A stretch of 64,000 bases of DNA. Source: the human T2T-CHM13v2.0 reference genome, Homo sapiens. The stretch lies in assembly GCF_009914755.1 (NCBI RefSeq), contig NC_060931.1, one strand, 5' to 3'. Shown piece after piece: positions 1 through 13,490 of this stretch. Below the pieces are notes generated by a model, which had not been told where the DNA came from, did not search any database, and saw only the letters and a list, made by a program, of their open reading frames with translations. Each line of letters begins with the position of its first letter. Positions within the stretch are counted from its first letter, which is position 1. Made by a program: the position numbers and the translations under genes.

Positions 1-94
1 CTGTTCAATGGTTTGCCCTTTGGAAGCACTTTCACTCATATGATGTCACTCCTTCTTCTCAGTTGCCCCATGAGGAAGCCACCTCAATTGGCAG

Positions 95-165
95 AGGGGA
101 GGGCTGAAACCCCGAGGGCCTAAGCAGCTTGTCCAGACTGTGCAGCTAGTACCAAGATTAAACTC
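95..165 (-). mobile_element. MIR fragment
   Basis: gaaaccccgagggcctaagcagcttgtcc...cagctagt resembles the antisense MIR core. Confidence 0.45.
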
Positions 166-676
166 TATCGGCTTCCTCCTCTTGTCTCCCCAGAGAAAGT
201 ACCGCTGCATACTCCATACAACAGATGGCTCGTAAAACCCAGGAACTCTGAGTAGGAAGTTTAGGTGTTCTATAGAGCAATCATCCAGGAAACAGGGAGG
301 TTTCAGGTCCATGCCTCGGTTAAGCTGGCTGCTGTCATGCTGGAAGGCCTCATGGTTTCTGGAGTCCCACTTCTCACCTTTGCACTCTCCAGCAGCTCTA
401 AGCAGCTGAAATTCTTAACACGCAGGGCTTGCCACTTTTCCATCTCTGACATGAATGGAAGCCATCACAGGGACATGCAAAGGTGGACAGAAGAGAGACA
501 GATCTGTCCTTGGAGGTGAGAAATTGAACAGGGCAGCAGCAGGACTAATTTTTGTGTTTATTGGGAACCAGACCATTCCCAGAGTGCACAACAGTTGGTA
601 GCTAGTCTCTTGTCCCGATCTGGGGATATTAGGGATGAGTATGGTGTCGGCTACACAGTCTCTAAGTCCTGATTAT

Positions 677-678
677 TT

Positions 679-751
<73 letters not shown>

Positions 752-989
752 TTCTTTTCTTTCTCTCTCTTTCTTTCTTTTCTTTTTCTTTCTCTTTTTT
801 CTCTCTTTTTCTTTCTCTCTCTCTCTTTCTCTCTCTCTTTCTTTCTTTCTCTCTCTCTTTCTTTCTCCTACCTTCCTTCCTTCTTTCTTTCTTCCTCCTT
901 CCTTCCCTCCCTCCCTGACTCTCTCCCTTCCTTCCTTCCTTCCTTCCTTCCTTCCTTCCTTCCTTCCTTCCTTCCTTCCTTCCTTCTTC
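677..989. repeat. Compound pyrimidine microsatellite (TTTC)n/(TC)n/(TTCC)n, expanded Alu tail
   Basis: Seen directly; lies inside the TSD pair agtcctgattattttc (665-680) / aggcctgatgattttc (1265-1280). Confidence 0.95.
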
Positions 990-2169
<1,180 letters not shown>

Positions 2170-2734
2170 TAACAGGGTTATGAGACCTAGTTCAGTGACT
2201 ATTTCTTGACCTAAACAGCTCAAAGATCCATTAAGCCAGCTTGAGGCAGAGGGGCTGAGAGGCGCCTTGTGAGCAGAGAACAGAACTCAGGCCAGCAGAA
2301 CAACTGCGCCCAGAGACTTCTGGGCAGAGTCTATGAATCCTTTTGCTACGGTCCTGAGAATCCTGGAGGCCTCCCCGCACCTGGCCGCAAAGATCGTCAT
2401 TTGGGGGCATGTGTGAGCCCTGCATGTTCTTAGGGTTTTTTTTTTTCTATCTCTGGGGTTAATGGATCCATTTCCTGTAAATGGAGCCGGGTGTCCAATA
2501 CACATCAGGGAGAGAAAGAGCCCATGGGGAGAGAGGGGAAGGATGTGCGGTTTGAGTTGGTTAAACAGCCGACAGCTGCACGGACTTAATTGGGTTTTAT
2601 TCTATTTGATCTTGGATAAAGAGGATTTTTGAGAGTCCATTTTCTCCTTCTTAAGCGTTCTTGCTAAAAAAATTAAAAAATAAGATAAAAATCCTGGGGT
2701 TGGCTGGGTTTCCAGATCCTTGCTAGCCCTGCTG

Positions 2735-2753
2735 GCTGCACAGGGGGGCAGTA
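2735..2753 (+). promoter_or_regulatory. Candidate CTCF motif
   Basis: gctgcacaggggggcagta, imperfect match to the CTCF core CCASYAGRKGGCRS, in unique CpG-retaining DNA. Confidence 0.3.
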
Positions 2754-3129
2754 GCACACCACCGTCCTGCTTCGGAGCACCCACGGGAGCTGGTGGATAA
2801 ATCCGGAGTCTTCGCTGGGAATTTTAACTCTCGTTAGCTATTTTCCATTTCATAGCTATCGGTGAGAAACATCACTTAAGACAAAGTTGGAAATAAATTA
2901 AGCAGGGAACCACATCAAGAGGTTTATATTTGCTTTCTTGCCATCATCTGTGAATTTTTATCCTTTGAATATTTCCAGACTGGATCACAGACCCTCAGTT
3001 TGCATCTGATGGTGCCCTACGGTGGTTCCCATCAACCTGAGGATGTTCCCAGGGATTCCAGGTCAAGATGGGAAATCTCTGCGTGCCAGCTAATGGTTGG
3101 TGAACGCCTAGGCTGTTCCAGGCACTGTT

Positions 3130-3255
3130 CCTTGGGTGGTCATATGGGCGACTCAGTTTTAACATTCTGGAAGTTTCACACATTATCCTTAGATAACAGA
3201 AGGAGGGTAAGGCTCACACAGATCAAGCGAATTGCCCAAGGTCACACAGCTCAAG
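3130..3255 (-). mobile_element. MIR
   Basis: aattgcccaaggtcacacagc MIR core. Confidence 0.7.
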
Positions 3256-3330
3256 GGCATAAAGGAGTTTTCATGTCTCTTCTGGAAAGGCAGAAAGGGT
3301 GCTGACTGTCTAGTTCACTAATGTATTCTT

Positions 3331-3594
3331 TTTGGTCTTTTTCTGAGATGGAGTCTTCCTCTGCTGCCAAGGCTGGAGTGCAATGGCATGATCTTGGCTC
3401 ACTGCAACCTCCACCTCCTAAGTAGCTGGGATTATAGACACCCACCACCACGCCTGGCTAATTTTTGTATTTTTAGTAGAGATGGGATTTCGCCATGTTG
3501 GCCAGGCTGGTCCCAAATTCCTGACCTCAAGTGATCTGCCTGCCTCAGCCTCCCAAAGCGCTGGGATTACAGGAGTGAGCCACCGTGCCCAGCC
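3331..3594 (-). mobile_element. AluS with ~30-35-bp internal deletion
   Basis: TSD actaatgtattctt (3317-3330 / 3595-3608); ctccacctcc joins directly to taagtagctggg. Confidence 0.95.
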
Positions 3595-4651
3595 ACTAAT
3601 GTATTCTTAACACCCAGGGCAGTGCTACCTCGTTGACACCTAACAAATATGTGTTGAGAAAGTAGATGGCTGAAGAACGTGTTGACTCCCAGCATGGTTT
3701 TCTTTGCATTGTACTGTGCTTTAAGGAGGCTTTAAGGAGGCGGCTGGCAATTCTTCCAGCATTCCAGCGGATGCTCTTTTGCTATAACAGCCCTTGGATT
3801 CCAAGAGAAAGCGCCTCCCTCTCAGGATCCTGATCCTGCACATTCACACTCCAGAATCAGAAGGCTGGGGAGAGCGATCAGCACATCTTAAAGTGTGATT
3901 CCTTGTTGAACAAATTCACCCTGAGGCAAAAGAAAGAAATCCCAGCAGGGTGCACGGAGAATGTCAGATTTCATCCTAAGTCAATGACGTGGAACTGGGA
4001 GGTAAGGAGATGTTGGTTGTGCTTTGGTTCTAGTCATTCCAAACCAAGGAAATATTCAGGAATGGGCAAAAAGAGGAGGTAACCCAAGGGGAGACTCCTG
4101 TGTGAGACAGAGACTCAGATATGGGAGAGAGGATCACTGAAGGGCAAATGGCCTACTTGGGAATGGGGCCTTCCAATGGCCACCAGTTTATACGTATGGT
4201 TCCATCTTGCCTGCCTCTCTGCTCTGCACTGGGATAAGAAACCTTGGTGAAGGAGAATGGGGCATGGGGTTGTTGAGTGGTCTAGAGAGTGACAAGGGTC
4301 TGGAGAGCTGGGAGGCTTGTTGGGTTCCACGCTAGAGTGCAAGAGGAGCTCTAATAGCCCAGAAGGGTCTGAGGACAGCTTAGAATAGGAAGAATGTGCA
4401 CCGAAGCCAGGAACTAAACGATTTCTGTGGACCAGAAAGGGCTGTAAATTCCACATGGTTGTTGTTCCCACCTCCTGAGAGCCGCCCTGCAGAAAAAGGC
4501 ACTGTAACAGAACATGAGTCAGTGTGCTTTTCTTGGGGGAGCTGGGCAAACTGTGTCCCCCTCCATAAACAGGCCTGGGAAGGATGGAGCCCCATGGAGG
4601 AGACAGTGATGGAAGAAGATAGGTGGCTAGAACCAGAATCAATAAGAAAGG

Positions 4652-5017
<366 letters not shown>

Positions 5018-6158
5018 TCAGTTTTCCAGCCTAAGTTGGAGAATGGGCTGTACAGAGTTTCTAGAATCCCCTATGGGTGTGTGTGGTGAGTCCAGTCCTA
5101 AGGTGGGCTCAGAGCTGTCTGGGTGTCTGTCATCATCAGTCATTAGACAAGGTTGGAGGTTTATAAAGCAACAGGTTTCTGGTCTGCTTTGTGGGTAGAG
5201 CCAGGCTGGTTTCTTTGTTTGCAACAAGAAAGACACTCATTTAATTTTCTTCAAAGTAGATTGTGGAGGAGATATTGTTAAGACTTATGAGAGCCAGCCG
5301 GGGTCCCAGAACAGAGTGGGAGATGTCTACAACTTCCATCTTTCTGATCCTTTTTGTTGTTGCAGGTTATGTCAACTCACAGTTCCTGCTCCCCAAGACT
5401 TTTGTTGCACATGAAGTTTGGTCTGCTAGGGTTCTGTTTCTGCTTCATCTCATCTTTTTGCTTTTCCTCCAAGTGCTTATTGGTTTAGGCTCTCCATGTT
5501 CCCAAGGGTGAGCATCTTACTTCCTCACCTCCTCTTTCTCTGTTAGGCCCTGTTGCAGGATATTTGAATTGGTGACCCTTGGTGGACTGCCACTTCTGAT
5601 CCTATCAGCCATAGGGAAAGGATGGAGGGCTATTTCATGCTTCTGTCTCCGTTTGAACATCAGGCTCTTATCTGTTGCTATAGGGTGTGTTGACTCGTAA
5701 TTCTTGCCCCACACACTTGTGCTGCACACAATTTCTGCTCTTCGTGTACAGCATGGCAGCCCAGGCCTTCTGCAGAAGACAATGAAAAACATCTCCTGGC
5801 CAGGCTTAGAATATGCTTCTGAAATGACCACGGGTAATTTGGCATTTATGAATCTTGAACATGACACTGTTGTAAAGATCTTATCTGGAAATATGATACA
5901 AAGAGTAAAGGCAAGGTTCAGGCTTCCACCCAGTTTTCATCTGGACCAGAAAGTTTACAAATTAGCCACCAGATGCCAAGCAGGACTTTGCCAGAAAGAG
6001 GCAATTGTTTGTTACAGACTGTCAATGATACTCATCTTACCTAAGGCATCTCCGCACACATGGCTGCCCAATCTGCAAACCTTAGACTCAACCTCCTCTT
6101 ATCCCATTCCCGCACTCCCCATAGCCACCCTGGGGATTCCAGGTTTTGACAATTCCAC

Positions 6159-6629
6159 TGCAGTGGCTAATTTTATGCACCAACTTGACTGGGTCGTGGG
6201 GTTCTCAGATATTTCGTCAAACATTATTCTGGGTGTATCTCTGAGAGTATTTTTGGATGAGATTAACATTTGGATTGGGTAGCCCTCATTCAATCAGTTG
6301 AAGGTCTGAATAAGACAAAAAGGCTGACCCTCCCATGAACAAGAAGAAACTCCTTCTGCCTGACTGCTTGAGCTGGGACATCAGTCTTTTCTTGCCTCTT
6401 AAATGGAAACCTCAGTTATTCTGGGGTCTTGAGCTTGCCAGGTTTTGGACTGGCTCTTACACCATCAGATCTCTTTCTTCTCCAGCTTGCTGACTGCAGA
6501 TCTTGGTACTTCTTAGCCTCTGTAATCAAGTGAGTTGATTCCTTACTATAAATCTCTTTATATCTATAGCTATTTATCAATATCTATCTCCTTTTGGTTC
6601 TGTTTCTTTATAGAACTTTGATTAATACA
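6159..6629 (+). mobile_element. MLT2-family (ERV-L) solo LTR
   Basis: TG...CA ends, aattttatg..caacttgactggg start, TSD tccac/tccat. Confidence 0.85.
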
Positions 6630-6849
6630 TCCATTTTTGAAATGCTTCTTGAATCTATGCTTTCTTTCCCAACCCCAGAGTCACATCCATGGTCCTCATT
6701 TGAGCCAAGTTTCCTTGACTAAAATAGGGGTGAAGAACTCGACTCTCCACTTGCTGTTCTCCCTACTACCCCATGCTCTCTGAAGTGGCTGAAGGGGCTT
6801 CCTCTTCATGGAACATGGGTTGAAGCTACTGGCCTTGCAGGTCAAGACC

Positions 6850-7302
6850 AACTCTGTAGCTTGGTATTCAAGCCAAGCAGAAATTGGCCCCTGATGGCCT
6901 CTCCAGCACATCTTCTGGTGTGCATATTCTTTGTTGGGGAGACAAATATTTTTTGCTAAACATGCCATGTTCTTATCTTTGGCACATATTATTTCTTCTT
7001 CCTGGAAGGCCCTCCTATGTCCACAGCATGCTGCACCCAACAAACTCTTTTCCATCGTTCAAAATGAGCTCAAATCTAACCTTGTTTGTGAAACCCATCC
7101 TGACGGCAGGTGGAGCTTGTCAGACTCTTCCTCTATCTCCTATGCCACTTAACCCATTGTATTGTCATCATTAATGTGTTTTTTCCTCTCATCCTTCTCC
7201 CTCTACTGCAAGTTCCAGGAAGGCCAGAGCTCTACTTCCCCAGTGCCTAGACGAGTTCCTCACCCTTAGTAAGGACACACTTCAATTTGTGGAATGAATG
7301 AA
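6850..7302 (+). mobile_element. L2 3' fragment
   Basis: cagtgcctag...ggaatgaatgaa L2 terminus. Confidence 0.55.
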
Positions 7303-8174
7303 CAATAAGTATACTGTATTTGCTTGGGTATAACTAGGTTTTCAAAATGTTGGTCAGTGAGACAAGCACAGATCCCTTAATCCTAAAGGTTTATCCAGAT
7401 TATTTGACCTAATTCTTTAATACCACATCATCGGATAACTCTGGGTGAGCAGACCATTGTAATGTCAGCAAATACAGTGCTGAATTTCACCTCCGCCAGA
7501 GTGTGGAGAGCTTGGAGTCCTTTAATGAATGTACATAGAGAGAGATGTCAGGAGATTAGCATTTCTTGTAATGAGAAGGAGAGACACATTCATCAAAATT
7601 GCTCAAGTGCTATCGGTAGAGTGTCTCCAACAAAGACCTTCAGTCAATGGCAGTGAGAGATGGCAGACTTTACAGGTTGGTCATGGAGAGGCTTGTTAAT
7701 TTCACAGTTTATAAAAGATTAATGGTAAAGGAAATAAGATACAGCTACGGCCATCTAATTGCAGAGAACATTTTGTCTAAAATATAACCCAGAAAAAAAA
7801 ATAGAAAGGGGAATGTAACATTTTCTTTGGAAATAGGACTTGACCTCTATATTTTATTTCAGAAGTGATGGCAGCTCCCTACCAAGGGGACTTTCACTCT
7901 AAGTCTGGAATGTGGATAGGAAAACAACAGTGCCCCATTTTACCGGGAACCCGGGGAAATCCTGCCTTTGAGATCTGTCTGAATCAGAAAGATAAAAGTT
8001 GATTCCAATTCCCTGAAATCCAAGGGATGCATTGGGTCACCCCGACATGTCATTTTCAGTTTTGAGAACTGGGTCTCCAAGGTGGTCTCCAAGGGGTCTC
8101 CAACCCCTTTATTTTGCTATTAGAATTGGTTGATGACTCTCTGAATGAGGCAGAGAATTCCAGCCCCCACCTTG

Positions 8175-8620
8175 TGTTATAGGGGCTAAATTGTATCTCC
8201 TTCCCCCAAGAATGAATCTATTGGAGTACTAACCCTCAGTGCTACAGAATGTGACCTGATTTGGAGACAGGGTTTTTATAGAGGTAATCAAGTTAAAATG
8301 AGGGCATTAGGGTGGTTGCAATCCAATATGACTGGTGTGCTTATAAAAAAGGAAGAAATGTGGACACAGAGACTGATACAGATGCGGGGGAACACCGGAT
8401 GAACATGAGGGAGATCAGGGTACTGCATTTACTAGTGAAGGAATGCCAGATCACCAGCAAACCACCAGGAGCTAGGAGAAGGGCATGGAACATATTCACC
8501 TTCACCATCCTCAGAAAAGACCAACCCTGCTCATAATGCATTTATGAGCCAACAAATTTCTGTTGTTTAAGCCACTCTGTCTGTGGTCTTTTGTTATGAC
8601 AGTCCTGGCAGATTAATACA
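8175..8620 (+). mobile_element. MLT1 (MLT1C-like) MaLR LTR
   Basis: gaatgtgacc..tttggagacaggg, ccagcaaaccaccagga, ttctgttgtttaagccac, ends taataca. Confidence 0.9.
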
Positions 8621-8789
8621 TCTCATGTTCTGTTTCTTAATTTAGGCTTTCTGGCTAGGATTTTGTGGCCTAGAAACAAAAGCAGAATGATTCCATCTCT
8701 GGTATTTTTTTTCTGAATGTAAATGATAAAAGCCAAAGACATAGCTCCTGGTCCTCCTTTTCCACATTGAGGGATCCAAAAGACGAGAG

Positions 8790-8900
8790 TTTAAATCCCG
8801 TGGTTCCCATCAACAATGTTAACTTCAGCAAACCACTTGGCCTCCTGAGCCTCAGTTTCCCCATCTATAACACTGGGGTATAAAAGCATCCTTATGAGAA
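8790..8900 (+). mobile_element. MIR
   Basis: ctgagcctcagtttccccatctataa core. Confidence 0.75.
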
Positions 8901-9076
8901 ACTGGGGAGATGGAATGGAGGACTGTGGTAACTGCACGGTTTAGGACTCGGCTTTTTTCTGTCCCTTATAAAACAAACTACAATTTGCTTCTCCAATTGT
9001 TGGAGTGAACACTTTATACTTCTCTTGCCTTCCTTTGCACCTACCCTTTTTCAAGGGTGGAGTGTTGGTACACCTT

Positions 9077-9449
9077 TGTATTAGTCCGTCTTCAAGCTTC
9101 TGATAAAGACATACCCGAGACTGGGTAATTTATAAATAAAAAGAGATTTAATGGACTCACAGTTTCACGTGGCCGGGAGACCTCACAATCATGGAGGAAG
9201 GTGAGGGAAGAACCAAGGCACCGTCTTACATGGCTGTAGGCAAAGAGAGAATGAGAACCAAGTGAAAGGGGTTTTCCCTTATAACACCATCAGAATTCAT
9301 GAGACTTATTCACTACCACAAGAACAGTATAAGGGAAACCAGCCCCATAATTTAATTATCTCTCACCCAGTCCCTCCCACAACAAATGGGAATTATGGGA
9401 GCTACAACCCAAGATGAGATTTGGGTGGGGACACAGCCAAACCAGATCA
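9077..9449 (-). mobile_element. THE1 MaLR solo LTR
   Basis: tgtattagtccg...gtggggacacagccaaaccagatca; perfect 5-bp TSD acctt. Confidence 0.95.
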
Positions 9450-9507
9450 ACCTTATTGGTGAAAACTAATTATTTTTTGGGGCTTTGTCTTATGAAAAGA
9501 AGGAACT

Positions 9508-9890
9508 TATGGCAGAGATTGCCTAGCTGTTCATTAAACACGTTTCATCTTCTTCCTAGACACACAACCTGAGCTTGTTTCCAAGCCTTTCTTGGAGTTA
9601 ACTGTGGCCAAGTTACTTAGTTCAGCTGATGGCAAGTGGGCAGAAGTGCCAGGAACCACTTCCATTTCTGTCCCATAGAATCTTTGCATGCAGAATGCTG
9701 CCTGCATTTTCCTTCTTAATGCTGATAAACATCTTGACAATAGCAGAACCCAAACATGGGAGATTATTTGGGTTTCTGAACTGCTAAGGCGAAGCCAAGT
9801 TTGGAGCCCACAGTTTGAGAAAGACAGTTATTGTATTAAGCTACTAAGATTAGAAAAGTTTGCATGAGCAAGCATTACCCCAAAGCATTC
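9508..9890 (+). mobile_element. Old MLT1 (I/J-like) LTR
   Basis: gtggccaagttacttagttc...gtgggcagaagtg resembles old MLT1 LTRs. Confidence 0.5.
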
Positions 9891-9974
9891 AATATGATTT
9901 TGGCTCAGAAGTGGGAAAGATTTTCAATCCTTCTTTTGCCCACTTGTGCCTCATCAGTAAGAGAAGCTGCAGTT

Positions 9975-10178
9975 CACTGTGGTTTCATGCATCTGTGCCT
10001 TGGATTGGGACCTGAGGTTGCCTCTTAAGGAGAGCTGAGTATTTGAGCTGGTGGTCTGTGTACTTCTGGGGCTTGCACTGTGGTTTCATGCATCTGTGCC
10101 TTGGATTGGGACCTGAGAGTGCCTCTTAAGGAGAGCTGAGTATTTGAGCTAGTGGTCTGTGTGCTTCTGGAGCTTGCA
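9975..10178. repeat. 101-bp tandem duplication, 2 copies
   Basis: cactgtggtttcatgcatc... at 9975 and 10076; 5 substitutions. Confidence 0.95.
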
Positions 10179-10229
10179 TTGGTAGGGAGGGCTGCCATCT
10201 TTGGCATCAGCTAAATGAATGGACCCAGC

Positions 10230-10729
10230 GCTCCCCTGCAGTGGACCTCGCAAACTCCTGGGGAGTGTATCACACACGTCTAGGGCCCCATTCACATTCT
10301 CTTGTCCTCCCATTCAGTTTTAGCCACAGCTGCAGTGGAAAGTTTCTGAGTTGGCTTCTACCTACCTTGGTCTGATAACAACTTACCTTATGCACCCATA
10401 ACAATCTTCTGTTTTCTACCCTTCGTATTTCTCTGACACTCCTGATGTTGGTAGGAACTCACTCATCAAGCAAGTGTGACCAGCCTGGAGGTGGAAATCC
10501 ACTCAGCCAGCAGATTTGGAAGCCAAAGGTTGCAACTTACAGGCTGATCTTGGGTGGACTATTCCAAGAGCCCCAGATGCTCACAGGAGTGGACTCAATC
10601 ATGCCTCCAGTGTGGGTTTCTTCCCCTTCCCTCACTCTCTGTGGCTGCCCATGGCTGATCCCTGAGATTTTCCTGCAAATAAGCTACCCAGACCCCAGGT
10701 TCTTCTTTGGGGAAATACAAGTCAATACA
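10230..10729 (+). mobile_element. LTR16-like ERV-L LTR
   Basis: ccacagctgcagtgga..., ends ttctttggggaaatacaagtcaataca; strongly decayed. Confidence 0.5.
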
Positions 10730-10990
10730 GGCAGTGATAGGATGCCCCTACTCTAGCCTCATATCCAAGCCATGTCTCAATTTCAACTTTGTCTTGTACT
10801 TTGGCAATTATTGGGCACTTTAATAAAGTGGATGTTTGCTCTCATTTGCAATTCCTTATATCTCTTCCCTGGTGATTAGACTTTGATGGAGATAAGGGGC
10901 GAGTCTGCACTCTTCATAATCTGTAAGAGATACCAGGCATGGGAAAGCTCAGTGACCAATACTAGAAAGATAGTACCCCCAAAGAATTCT

Positions 10991-11505
10991 TATTTTTTTA
11001 ACTTTTATTTTAAGTTCAGTCATATATGTTTGTTATATAGGTATATAGGAGTTTGTTATATGGGTAAACTTGTGTCATAGGGGTTTGTTGTACAGATTAT
11101 TTAATCACTTAGGTATTAGTCTAGTACCTATTGGTTCTTTTTCCTGATCCTCTCCCTCATCTCACCCTCCACCCTTTGACAGGCCCCAGTGTGTGTTGTT
11201 CCCCTCTATGTGCCCATGTGTTCTCATCATTTAGCTCCCACTTATAATTGAGAACATGCAGTATTTGGTTTTCTGTTCTTGGGTTAGTTTGCTAAGGATA
11301 ATGACCTCTAGCTCCATCCATGTGCCTGCAAAGGACATCATCTTGTTCTTATTTATGGCTGCATAGTATTCCATGGTGTATATGTATCACATTTTCTTTA
11401 TGTAGTCTATCATTGATGGGCAATTAGGTTGATTCCATATCTTTGCTATTGTGAATAATGCTGCAATGATCATATGCATGCATGTGTCTTTATAATAGAA
11501 TGATT
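10991..11505 (-). mobile_element. L1 3' end (older L1PA), 5'-truncated
   Basis: tttagctcccacttata, ttatggctgcatagtattccatgg; possible TSD aagaattctta/aggaattctaa. Confidence 0.9.
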
Positions 11506-12114
11506 ATAAGGAATTCTAACTCGATACTTATTTCAGTTAGAAGATTTATGTTATACATTATTCATTGACCCAAAGGTGTATTCAATTGTATTAAAACACC
11601 ACATTGGACATGCAATTCCATGCTTTGACATGCTAATATACAAAAAATAATTTCATTTCACATTAGGGCTGTGGGAGGCAGAGTTGTGGTGTCATACTGT
11701 GTAAGAAAGGTGCTTTAGGATCCATGTGGTGAATGTGAGAGCTTGTTCCTTTATTTTGAAAAAATCCTCTTTTGTAATTAATTGGAGCAAGAGATGAACT
11801 TTTACACCATTATAGTCTATCATGTGCCTTTTGCCAATTAGCATGGTTGCACTTCATGGCTTAATTTAGTATCAGTTGTGAAACTTGAAGAAATATTGGA
11901 ACATCTTTGAATATTAATGCAATTTTGTTTCCCTGGGGGCATTAAGCCTTCTGGCATACTGGACTCTATTTTGTGGAGAGTTTTTGGATGTTTCAACTCA
12001 AATAAAAGCTTAGCTCACATATATAATCTTCCCTTTTTGTGCTGAAAAGGAATCTCCATTGTATTAACCCCCTTCTGGTCAAGGAGAAGAAAGAATACAA
12101 AACAATCTTTAAGA

Positions 12115-12630
12115 CCGTGGTCCCCAACCTTTGGGGCACCAGGAACCAGTTTCATGGAAGGCAATTTTTCCATGACCAGGGGAGGTGGAGGGGGAGGGGG
12201 ATGGTTTGGGGATGATTCAAGCTCATTACATTTATTGTGCATTTTATTTCAATTATTATTACATTGTACTATATAATGAGATAATTCTACAACTTACTGT
12301 AATGTAGAATCAGTGGGAGCCCTGAGCTTGTTTTCCTGAAACTAGATGGTCCCATCTGGGAGTGACAGGAGACAGTGACAGATTCTCACGAGGAGTGTGC
12401 AATCCCTCGCACGCACAATTCACAATAGGTTTGCACTCCAATGAGAATCTAATGATGCAGCTGATCTGATAGGAAGTAGAGCTCAGGTGGTAATGCAAGC
12501 AATAGGGAGTGGCTGTAAATACAGATAAAGCTTCGCTCACTTGCCCGCTGCTCACCTCCTGTTGTTCAGCCTGGTTCCTAATAGGCCACGAACCAGTGCC
12601 AGTCTATGGCTGAGGGATTGGGAACCCCTG
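12115..12630 (+). mobile_element. MER1A hAT-Charlie DNA transposon
   Basis: Termini ccgtggtccccaa / ttgggaacccctg; perfect 8-bp TSD ctttaaga (12107-12114 / 12631-12638). Confidence 0.9.
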
Positions 12631-12999
12631 CTTTAAGAGATAAAATTTCCAGACCAAAACAACTTTCCTTTGCTTCTTTCCCAGATCACACTTCCTGATA
12701 TTTCATCTAAGGTGAAATCATCCATTTTAGAAATTCATCAGAGCAGAAAGGACTTTTTGAGATTTATCCCTTAGCTCAGTATACATTGCAAGTGTTGCAA
12801 TGAATCTCCTTTTGGGTCTTGGGAGAGCTACACCCCATGGTCATCAGTCCTGACACCATCATGTGACTCCCTGAGAGATGCCAATGCTTCTGTGACCTGA
12901 AAGCTTGCCCAAAGCTGGGCGATGAGATCTCCCCATATCTCTGCATCCTGGGGAGCCTCTCAGCATCTTCTGATGCTCCTCTGTGGTTAGAGTCTAGAG

Positions 13000-13181
13000 C
13001 AGCCATGTCCAATCATTGGAATGCAAGAACTTTGCAAGAACTTTTTTGCTTATCTGTGGTGGTAGATATCATGAAAATTATGCACAGACCTTTTTTTTTT
13101 TTTTAGTGTTAGTGTATTTTATGTGTGGCCAAGACAGTTCTTCCAATGTGGCACAGGGAAGCCAAAGCTTGGACAGCCCTG
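13000..13181 (-). mobile_element. MER30B-like hAT MITE
   Basis: TIRs cagccatgtccaa / ttggacagccctg; tagtgttagtgtattttatgtgtggcc; tctaga-type target. Confidence 0.85.
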
Positions 13182-13490
13182 GCTAGAACCTGCTTATATG
13201 CTTGGGAAAAAGCTAAAAATTTTGAAGGAAACCTGATAGTTCATGGTTTGTTCAGCAGAAAAATGCCATCCTCTATAAGACACCTGACATTTCTCAGAGC
13301 AAGAGATGCCAAGATCCTTCCATGGGGTCAAAGGGAACCTGGCTTTCTTTCCCTGATCAGCACACTGTTTCTTGCCCACTGGGACCTCCTAAAATATGTA
13401 CACAGAACTTGAGCCAAATGTGGCTGGTAAATCTGCCGTATTCTCTCAACCTGTGTCCTCTGCCTGCATCAATAGTCATTGCGGGACCTG

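Noticed and set aside
5704-6282. 192-aa ORF
   Set aside because: Non-ATG start, no recognisable domain, and the C-terminus runs into an MLT2 LTR.
8071-8103. ggtctccaa x3, and similarly ctttaaggagg x2 near 3720
   Set aside because: Small slippage repeats without spacers; not CRISPR-like and common.
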